A DNA stretch of 14,883 nucleotides from a candidate division WOR-3 bacterium (GTDB lineage: Bacteria; Hydrothermota; Hydrothermia; LBFQ01). The notes under the pieces are model-generated. The model did no database searches. It was given only the letters and a program-made list of their open reading frames with translations, and had not been told where the DNA came from. The translations under genes were made by a program, and so were the position numbers. Below, in pieces: positions 7,730 through 14,701 of the stretch; position 1 is the first letter of the stretch, and each line of letters begins with the position of its first letter. The stretch is taken from positions 1-14,883 of the forward strand of contig JBDRWW010000018.1 in assembly GCA_039802605.1 (NCBI GenBank), given 5' to 3'.

Positions 7730-9810
7730 CGGTATTAAGGGCTTCTGTGGTATATGTGGAAGTTCCTAAGGAGGCAACCTTGGAAGATCTATATCCTCCA
7801 AAACCCCAAATAGAGAGGATGATATATAAAACGCTTGACAGTTTGGGTTATTCAGAGGGTGATGCGATAATACTATTTACCAAGGATGGGAAGGTTCTAA
7901 CACCCGAGGATTTCGGATTACCCATAGATGAATTTGATAACATGTCATCGCCAAGGGATATAGTTCCGGTTAGGGGTCCCGGATGGACGGATGAGGAATG
8001 GGCGCAGGTGATGTTTGTGTGGAATTTGGCATACCCGAGGTTGAAGAACATATACGGCTGGCCTTATTGTAAGTGTGGGGGTTGGGGATGTCTGGGTAGC
8101 CATAAAGTTGTGATACAGAAAAATCCATCATTATCGTCTTCTGGTTTATTCACACCCTCTGTAAGCTGTTGGTTTGATTCAAAGATAGAGATAAGGAGTT
8201 GGGAACCTCAATTTGGCAAGATATGGGGGCCTGTTTTAATACACGAGATGGCACATGCTTTTAGGAATTATAAAGCCATACCCTTTGACCAGTTTGAAGA
8301 GGGGAACGCCGAAGCTATGGAGGTAGAAATAACAAACAGGATTTGTCGGGAGACGGGAAATCTGTGTGATTATAGAGAACTTTGGCATGGCTGGTGGGGC
8401 GATCCTTATATAATACCCGACTTTGAAAATCTTCTATTCCAACAATGGAACACAGATTTTATAGGTACAAACAGTATTGATTTTTCTAGAGATTCTCTGT
8501 TGGTATATAAACGATACTCCGTAAGCGGATATAGTTGGTGGAAGTTGTGGTTTTATTTGAGTAGTTATTACGGTTTGGAGTTTTTCAGGGCGTTTAACGA
8601 TGAAATATATCGTAGAAGGCCTTTGTTATCTTATGATACTTATTACAACATTGCAAGGAACATAGTGGGTGGTAGGTTGTTGGAGGATAACCTGAATTTT
8701 GATGCGTGGTGGAGCAAACAATATGCTTTGAGGAAAGATTTTATATCTGATTACTCCCCGAGATGCGAGGCTTTTGCCTTGGGTTTAGTATCTTATGTCT
8801 GGCACAATTATTTCAATAGCACTTTGGTGAGAACCAAGATATACTTCTTTTGGAGGGTTCCCCATTTCCTTTGGGGTGGAGAAGAGCGTCCCTATGCGGG
8901 TAAGAGGATAAGGTTAAGGATGTGGGATATGCTTGGAAAAAAGCTTTATGATACTCTATTGATTACTGGAAGCAGTATAATAGTTTTTGAGGGGAGTGTT
9001 AATATTCCAACGCCTTTTGGTAGTTTAAAGGTTGAGGCGTATGTTGAAGGGGATTACAACCCAAGTAGTTGTAAACACCTACATCAAGAAAGGGTCGTAT
9101 TTGTTCCCCCATTGGGTAAAAATCTAAACGATATATTATACCGAACTAATGGATTATCGTTTGTGGCGACCATATATAATAGTGGAAGAATAAAGATAAT
9201 ACCTCCGGATATTGATTATCCTGCTGATAGCGGTTATGTGATATATACTTGGCCTGTACAAAGGGCGAGGTGGAGTGTGTATGATGTAAATTATCCGGAT
9301 AGGTGGTCTTTGTTTGCAAAGGATAAGGGGCCTTATATAATCTATCCGGGGGGATGGGAAAAGGTTCCGCCTGTAAGGCCGAGGAATATAAGGGTTGTGA
9401 AGGTTGATACCGTTTATAGGCTTGTTAAGGTTGCTTGGTCTCCGAATGAGGATGCTGATTTAAGGAATTATAGGCCTTGTTGGTTTGTGGTTGATGACCC
9501 GAGCAGGGGAGGTTGTTCAAATGTGGGAATGGATACGACTTATAGTTTGGGTCTTATAAACAAAGGTGAGATATATGGAAATGCAAGCGCTCCATCGGAT
9601 ACGGTTTATGGTGGGTGGGCAAGCGGTGAAACATTTGGGTTTAACGGGAATAGAGATTTATCAATTGGTGATAAAATGGAAAGAAGGATAAAGGTTTATA
9701 ATGTTGAGGGTAGGTTGGTTTATGAGGGGGAGGAGAAGGGGTTTAAGGGTGATAAGGGTGTTTATTTTATAGTTTATGATGGGAAAGTTAAAAAGGAGGT
9801 TGTAAGATGA
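7720..9810 (+). CDS. Secreted zinc metallopeptidase, paralog 2, with FN3-like and T9SS-like C-terminal domains. Probable true start is ATG 7688, out of frame across the TTGT repeat.
   Basis: IHEMAHAFR...FEEGNAEAM. FN3-like PPVRPRNIRV...VKVAWSPNEDADLRNYR...GNASAPSDTV. CTD IKVYNVEGRLVYEG...KGVYFIVYDGKVKKEVVR. Confidence 0.8.
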   Translation: MFVSVLRASVVYVEVPKEATLEDLYPPKPQIERMIYKTLDSLGYSEGDAIILFTKDGKVLTPEDFGLPIDEFDNMSSPRDIVPVRGPGWTDEEWAQVMFVWNLAYPRLKNIYGWPYCKCGGWGCLGSHKVVIQKNPSLSSSGLFTPSVSCWFDSKIEIRSWEPQFGKIWGPVLIHEMAHAFRNYKAIPFDQFEEGNAEAMEVEITNRICRETGNLCDYRELWHGWWGDPYIIPDFENLLFQQWNTDFIGTNSIDFSRDSLLVYKRYSVSGYSWWKLWFYLSSYYGLEFFRAFNDEIYRRRPLLSYDTYYNIARNIVGGRLLEDNLNFDAWWSKQYALRKDFISDYSPRCEAFALGLVSYVWHNYFNSTLVRTKIYFFWRVPHFLWGGEERPYAGKRIRLRMWDMLGKKLYDTLLITGSSIIVFEGSVNIPTPFGSLKVEAYVEGDYNPSSCKHLHQERVVFVPPLGKNLNDILYRTNGLSFVATIYNSGRIKIIPPDIDYPADSGYVIYTWPVQRARWSVYDVNYPDRWSLFAKDKGPYIIYPGGWEKVPPVRPRNIRVVKVDTVYRLVKVAWSPNEDADLRNYRPCWFVVDDPSRGGCSNVGMDTTYSLGLINKGEIYGNASAPSDTVYGGWASGETFGFNGNRDLSIGDKMERRIKVYNVEGRLVYEGEEKGFKGDKGVYFIVYDGKVKKEVVR

Positions 9811-10547
9811 AAAGGTTGCTTTTGGTTTTAGCCTTGCTCGTATTGGCGCTTTGGGGATGTAAAAAGAGGACTGCGGAGACAACTCCGCCCAATTACATCT
9901 CCTCGTATGGTGTTGAATACATAGACAGCGGTAAGGTTATAAGGGTGTATTGGGAGGTTTATCAGGACCTCGTGGATTCATTTAAATTCCTTTGTAATGG
10001 TGTGGATACGGCGGCAATTCCGCATTACCTTTACAGGGATATGGAAGGGTTTTGGATATACTACACGGATATTGACACCTCAATAGTCCTTAGATGCGAT
10101 GAGATTTACGGAAGGATATATAAGGGAAATGAAAGCGCTAACTGGATAGATTTGGGCATACCACTATTCTGGAATGGAATGATAATACGAAACGATACTA
10201 TAATTTACCAATATTATGATATTTTCCACTTGGCCAAAATCACACAATTAGATGATAGTTTGAAAATAGTTTCCCTCGGCAATGCTTACTTTAAAAAGTT
10301 TTCCGGTATGATAGGGGATATACCACCCGTTGGTTATGATAGCGTTTATGTTGTTAAGGGCTTGGCTGATACCATAACAATGTGGTTTGATAGAAACGGA
10401 AACGGTGTTTTTGATTATGGGACGGATAAGTTTGGTGTTATGGGCTTTGTAAAAAGCGATAGTACCTATAACCCCCTTGCACTATTTATAAGCGATGACC
10501 CGAGAAACAGGATTTTGTATATAAAGTGGTACCTTAATCTCCGGTAA
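9807..10547 (+). CDS. Lipoprotein coupled to peptidase 2 (putative inhibitor/partner)
   Basis: MKR + LLLVLALLVLALWG-C18 lipobox. ATGA overlap with the peptidase stop. DRNGNG Ca-loop-like motif. Weak similarity to 2230..2916. Confidence 0.8.
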   Translation: MKRLLLVLALLVLALWGCKKRTAETTPPNYISSYGVEYIDSGKVIRVYWEVYQDLVDSFKFLCNGVDTAAIPHYLYRDMEGFWIYYTDIDTSIVLRCDEIYGRIYKGNESANWIDLGIPLFWNGMIIRNDTIIYQYYDIFHLAKITQLDDSLKIVSLGNAYFKKFSGMIGDIPPVGYDSVYVVKGLADTITMWFDRNGNGVFDYGTDKFGVMGFVKSDSTYNPLALFISDDPRNRILYIKWYLNLR

Positions 10548-10583
10548 TGGGGTTAATAATCCACATCCCAATAGGTTCAACCT

Positions 10584-10589
10584 TATAAT
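10584..10589 (+). promoter_or_regulatory. -10 element for the tRNA-Thr / aminotransferase transcript
   Basis: TATAAT 10 nt upstream of the tRNA 5' end, within the shared TTCnnCCT-TATAAT-AC motif. Confidence 0.65.
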
Positions 10590-10599
10590 ACCTACTTAC

Positions 10600-10672
10600 G
10601 CCACCCTAGCTCAACCGGCAGAGCGGCTGATTTGTAATCAGCAGGTTGGGGGTTCGAGTCCCCCGGGTGGCT
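10600..10672 (+). tRNA. tRNA-Thr (anticodon TGT), CCA not encoded
   Basis: Acceptor GCCACCC/GGGTGGC; D arm GCTC/GAGC; anticodon arm GCTGA-TTTGTAA-TCAGC; T arm GGGGG-TTCGAGT-CCCCC; discriminator T10672. Confidence 0.96.
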
Positions 10673-10675
10673 CTT

Positions 10676-11767
10676 TTGTTGGTCCCTCCCGTTGATTTAC
10701 GAAAGCAGAATTTACAGTTCAAAGAGGAATTTTTAAAGGTCCTTTCGGGAATAATAGATGAAGGGATTTTTGTCTTGGGTAAAAATGTTGAAGACTTTGA
10801 GAAGGGGGTTTGTGAATACTTGGGGGTTAAGCATTCACTTGGTGTTAATAGCGGGACGGATGCCCTGGTTATATCTTTAAGGGCTATGGGTATAGGCAAA
10901 GGGGATAAAGTAATCGTTCCGGCTTTTTCTTTTTTTGCAACCGTTGAGGCGGTTTTACTCGTGGGTGCATACCCCGTAATAGTGGACATTGATGGGGAAA
11001 CATTCAACATAGATGTAAATGCGGTTAATTCAAATTTGGTTAATGGGGTTAAATGCGTAATAGCCGTCCATCTCTTTGGACAAATGGCCGAATTGGAAAA
11101 GTTAAGGCTTGACGGTGTGTATTTATTGGAAGATGCAGCCCAAGCCTTTGGCGCAAGTAGGTTTGACAAAAAGGCCGGAAACTGGGGTGATATGGCGGCT
11201 TTTAGTTTTTACCCTACAAAAAACCTATCCGCATTGGGGGATGGGGGGCTTATAACCACCAATAACGAAGAATTCTACCAAATTTCCAAGGCTTTGAGGG
11301 TTCATGGGTCATTCGGCGACAGGTACTCAAACGATATGGTGGGATATAACAGCAGGTTGGACGAAATTCAGGCGGCTTTTTTACTGATAAAGTTGAAAAA
11401 AATAGACGAATGGAATGAAAGGAGAAACCGCATAGCGAAGATATACGACGAAGCCTTAAAGGATTATGTTATAACCCCTAAGGTTTTGGATGGAAACCAT
11501 CACATATACCACCAATACACGATAAGGACGGATAAAAGGGACGAACTATTTAAATTTTTGAGGGATAAGGGAATAGGGGTAATGATATACTATCCAAAAC
11601 CCCTGCACCTACAAAAACCTTTGTTGGATTTGGGTTATAAAGAGGGGCAGTTTCCGGTTGCGGAAAGGGTTTGTAATGAGGTTTTGAGTTTGCCCATATA
11701 TCCCGAGATGGAGGATTGGCAGGTGGAGTATGTAATTGACGGTGTATTGGAGTTTTTTAGGGGATGA
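10676..11767 (+). CDS. DegT/DnrJ/EryC1/StrS family PLP-dependent sugar aminotransferase
   Basis: VPPVDL N-terminus, GVNSGTDAL, AVHLFGQ, EDAAQAFGA, SFYPTKNL (PLP Lys), GYNSRLDEIQAA, LSLPIYPEM. Start is most plausibly TTG 10676 or 10679, just after the tRNA. Confidence 0.92.
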   Translation: MLVPPVDLRKQNLQFKEEFLKVLSGIIDEGIFVLGKNVEDFEKGVCEYLGVKHSLGVNSGTDALVISLRAMGIGKGDKVIVPAFSFFATVEAVLLVGAYPVIVDIDGETFNIDVNAVNSNLVNGVKCVIAVHLFGQMAELEKLRLDGVYLLEDAAQAFGASRFDKKAGNWGDMAAFSFYPTKNLSALGDGGLITTNNEEFYQISKALRVHGSFGDRYSNDMVGYNSRLDEIQAAFLLIKLKKIDEWNERRNRIAKIYDEALKDYVITPKVLDGNHHIYHQYTIRTDKRDELFKFLRDKGIGVMIYYPKPLHLQKPLLDLGYKEGQFPVAERVCNEVLSLPIYPEMEDWQVEYVIDGVLEFFRG

Positions 11768-12825
11768 TATTGTTGGATACCCTACTTGCCGATGAAAAAC
11801 CTACGGGAATAGGGGTTTATACTTTGAACTTGGTTAAGAATCTACAAAAATACCTTGATTTCACGGTTTTAACCCATACCCCCGAGATTTTTCCAAAAAA
11901 TTTAAGGTTTAAAAGTGCCCCAAAAATCGTATCGCCTTCAAATGGAAAGAGAGGGGCCCTTTGCAGAACCTTATACCTTCAAACCCTTATGGGAAAGGGA
12001 ATACTTTACAGGACATATCACCACATATCCCTTTTTTGGTTTGGCAAACAGATAATAACCATACACGACCTATTGCCCATAATGTTCCCCGAAAGGTACA
12101 AAGAGCAGTACTACCTTTACAACTATTTCTTAAAGCCCTTTATAAACCGGGTGGATTTCGTATTTACGGTTTCCAAGAGGTCAAAGGAGGATATATTAAG
12201 GTTTTTTGGGATAAAAGAGGGAAGCGTTAAGGTATTCTATCAGGGTTATAACTCGGAGGTTTTTAAGCCCATAACTCAAAGGGAAAAGGTTTTACAGGTA
12301 AAAAACCGCTACGGTTTGTTTGATTATGTTTTAATAGTGGGTGCCCAATATACCCATAAGAATGTTGAGGTTGTAATAAAGGCGATGAAATCCCTTGAAG
12401 GATTGCAGTTGCTAATAACGGGAACGAGAAAACCTTATGAGGATAAAATTTTTGAAACCATTAACCGCTTGGGTTTAAACGAGAGGGTTAAGGTTCTAAG
12501 ATATGTACCACAGGAGGATTTGGTATATCTCTATGCTGGGGCATTGGCCGTTGCCATCCCATCAAAATATGAAGGTTTTGGAATTCCGGTTTTGGAGGCT
12601 ATGGCCGTTGGTGTGCCCGTAATAGGGACGGAAGCGGTTAGGGAGGCCGGGGGTGATGCCATACTATACGCGGATCCGGATAATGTTGAAAGTTGGGTTG
12701 AAGGTATAAAGTCCGCAATGAACCGTAGGGAAGAACTAATATTAAAGGGTTTTGAAAGGGTTAAAATGTTCTCTTGGGATAAAACCGCAAAAGAGATATC
12801 CGAATTCATTAAAACCATAGGGTAG
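11764..12825 (+). CDS. Glycosyltransferase family 4 (GT-B, WbaZ/mannosyltransferase-like)
   Basis: TGIGVY, ITIHDL, HKN, PSKYEGFGIPVLEAMAVGVPV (Ex7E), FSWDKTA. ATGA overlap with the aminotransferase. Confidence 0.92.
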   Translation: MILLDTLLADEKPTGIGVYTLNLVKNLQKYLDFTVLTHTPEIFPKNLRFKSAPKIVSPSNGKRGALCRTLYLQTLMGKGILYRTYHHISLFWFGKQIITIHDLLPIMFPERYKEQYYLYNYFLKPFINRVDFVFTVSKRSKEDILRFFGIKEGSVKVFYQGYNSEVFKPITQREKVLQVKNRYGLFDYVLIVGAQYTHKNVEVVIKAMKSLEGLQLLITGTRKPYEDKIFETINRLGLNERVKVLRYVPQEDLVYLYAGALAVAIPSKYEGFGIPVLEAMAVGVPVIGTEAVREAGGDAILYADPDNVESWVEGIKSAMNRREELILKGFERVKMFSWDKTAKEISEFIKTIG

Positions 12826-12836
12826 GGTTTCTCCCT

Positions 12837-12842
12837 TATAAT
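12837..12842 (+). promoter_or_regulatory. -10 element for the downstream (near-leaderless) gene pair
   Basis: TATAAT 9 nt before ATG 12852, no SD. Lies within the shared extended motif. Confidence 0.55.
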
Positions 12843-12851
12843 ATCCGCCAA

Positions 12852-13244
12852 ATGATATTATTATCCATTTTATTGCAAACCCCCACGGATACCGCCTATT
12901 GGAAAAACTTCGCCGAAAGGATAGCCGAAAAAATAGTTAAGGATGGCGGAAAAGATGCCATTTATGATATAATGTATGTTAGGGATTCGACGGGGAAATA
13001 CATCCTTTATTACAAGCGATTCATTTATACAACCCCATCGGGTTATAAAATATTTTATAGAACACCCGTTGCGATAAAACTCCCCGAAAATTCGCCGGAT
13101 AACATAGATATGTTGATTATGGGTTATCTGGAAAAGAAGCAATTTACAAAGGAGAATTTATTGGAAATGGTTTCCATAGGCTTAGGTTGTGGTATTGTTA
13201 CCATGGGTGCGTTAATATCCCTTTTGTTGGGAATGGGAAGGTGA
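12852..13244 (+). CDS. Small hypothetical membrane protein
   Basis: Short hydrophobic N-terminus (MILLSILL) and a C-terminal TM-like segment (MVSIGLGCGIVTMGALISLLLGM). GTGA overlap with the next gene. Confidence 0.65.
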   Translation: MILLSILLQTPTDTAYWKNFAERIAEKIVKDGGKDAIYDIMYVRDSTGKYILYYKRFIYTTPSGYKIFYRTPVAIKLPENSPDNIDMLIMGYLEKKQFTKENLLEMVSIGLGCGIVTMGALISLLLGMGR

Positions 13245-14191
13245 GGGGGTATTTTTATAACTTTGATAGGGATCCGGAAGGCAAAATTTTAAAGGAATTA
13301 CTATCAAAAACATTTAATGAGGCGGATTTAAAAGGCGCCGATGTGGTTTTCGTATATGTGGATTTGAATTTTGAGGGTTGTTTTAATTTTTTGCGAAAAA
13401 CGAGGGATAAGTTCAGGGTGGTTTTAATTGACAGTTTATACGAGAGATTCCCGCTTAGGGAGTTGTCTTTGATGCAAAGGTTAAAAAAGTGGTGGAAGTA
13501 TAGGTTTTTGGACAAGATATTTGAAGAAAGGGCAAACATATACTTTGTTGGGGATGATAACAGCGGCATTGATGTTATTACTGAAAGGTTTTCAATTGAT
13601 TACGCCCTTATATATCCGTCCAAGTTTGTCAATAGTTTGAACGACAAGGTTTCCACCCGTAAAAAGTTGGGCATCCCGATTAATGGGGTTTATGTGGGTT
13701 ATATTTGTTTCCCCACCGAAGAATTCGGGTTTGATATTTTTAGGGAAATTTATAGCCTTTCAAAAGGGGTATTCAAAGTCCTAATTTATCCATTGGATTA
13801 TAAGGATAGGGTTTATAAACTCTCTGAGGATTTGAAGGGAAAGGTTTTCATATCTGAGAACTTTTTAGACTTTCTATCCGCCGTTGATGTTATGATGTTT
13901 CCTTATAGGTTTGGTTGTGGCAAGTATTTAATAAATTCCATTTCTCTTGGAATACCCGTTGTATCCTTTAAGGGGCACTGTGCGGATAGGATAATTAAGC
14001 ATGGGTGGAACGGATTTATAGCGGAAAACTTTTCAATTGATGAATTTGCACATTATTTGGTTTTGCTTTCAAGCGATCCGATATTAAGGGAAACCCTATC
14101 AAAAAATTGCCTTTCCTATTCTTATGGTTATCCAACAATTGAAGAAAAGGCTTCATTTATAGTTCAATGGACAGCTTCGGCTATGCAGTAG
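13241..14191 (+). CDS. Divergent GT4-like glycosyltransferase
   Basis: C-terminal GT-B pattern (RKKLGIP, FLSAVDVMMFP...SLGIPVVS, IIKHGWNGFI, LLSSDPILRETLSKN). Start set at GTG 13241, overlapping the upstream TGA. Ex7E motif absent. Confidence 0.7.
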   Translation: MRGYFYNFDRDPEGKILKELLSKTFNEADLKGADVVFVYVDLNFEGCFNFLRKTRDKFRVVLIDSLYERFPLRELSLMQRLKKWWKYRFLDKIFEERANIYFVGDDNSGIDVITERFSIDYALIYPSKFVNSLNDKVSTRKKLGIPINGVYVGYICFPTEEFGFDIFREIYSLSKGVFKVLIYPLDYKDRVYKLSEDLKGKVFISENFLDFLSAVDVMMFPYRFGCGKYLINSISLGIPVVSFKGHCADRIIKHGWNGFIAENFSIDEFAHYLVLLSSDPILRETLSKNCLSYSYGYPTIEEKASFIVQWTASAMQ

Positions 14192-14197
14192 TTTTTC

Positions 14198-14701
14198 GTT
14201 TCAACCCCTTATAGGTAGGCTAATAACGAGTTTTCTACGCCTGCACTTGCCAGTTGTCTTGCCATCCTGTTTCAACCCCTTATAGGTAGGCTAATAACAT
14301 CGAGACAACGAGCTTCTGTTTTCCCCTTCTCTTGTGTTTCAACCCCTTATAGGTAGGCTAATAACTCGCTGTTAAGAAAACACCCGGGACATTCCTTTTG
14401 CAGTTTCAACCCCTTATAGGTAGGCTAATAACTCGTTTAAAATGGAAATAAGATTCCCGGATCACTTGGGTTTCAACCCCTTATAGGTAGGCTAATAACG
14501 CACAGACCATAATTTCAAAAACCGACACTCTTGTTGGTTTCAACCCCTTATAGGTAGGCTAATAACCCCCTTCGATAACAACACCCTCCACTTCCTTTTT
14601 TGGGTTTCAACCCCTTATAGGTAGGCTAATAACGGAGGTGGGAAATGAGCAAAAAGATGGAACAAGCAATAGTTTCAACCCCTTATAGGTAGGCTAATAA
14701 C
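14198..14701 (-). CRISPR. CRISPR array: 8 identical 30-nt repeats and 7 spacers (37-41 nt)
   Basis: Repeat GTTTCAACCCCTTATAGGTAGGCTAATAAC starts at 14198, 14269, 14336, 14403, 14470, 14537, 14604 and 14672. Spacers are 41, 37, 37, 37, 37, 37 and 38 nt. The reverse complement ends TTGAAAC, typical of Cas6-processed type I-B/III repeats, so transcription is on the minus strand. Confidence 0.98.

Noticed and set aside
7648..10672. tRNA-anchored integrative element or DGR explaining the peptidase modules
   Set aside because: No integrase, transposase or reverse transcriptase is visible in the window, nor a duplicated tRNA end (att site) or a TR/VR pair.
10646..10675. Aminotransferase start at 10646
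   Set aside because: It lies inside the tRNA; homology begins at about 10676.
13187..13240. GT start at 13187
   Set aside because: It overlaps the upstream gene by 58 nt; GTG 13241 with a GTGA overlap is more parsimonious.
424..13569. Short ORFs antisense or alternative-frame to real genes (424-666, 2005-2208, 3241-3426, 4214-4414, 4517-4711, 5779-5970, 6703-6885, 7124-7359, 7848-8051, 9661-9882, 10606-11169, 11961-12230, 12531-12851, 12870-13142, 13255-13569)
   Set aside because: They overlap well-supported genes, have no recognisable motifs or RBS, and look like shadow ORFs.
13897..13910. CCTTATAGGT match to the CRISPR repeat core within the GT gene
   Set aside because: An isolated 10-nt match in coding sequence; likely chance.
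14129..14197. Possible degenerate ninth CRISPR repeat plus spacer inside the GT 3' end
   Set aside because: Only 12/30 ungapped identities (CAAC, AGGCT) at roughly the right spacing. Not distinguishable from chance, though the odd tail VQWTASAMQ could be spacer-derived.
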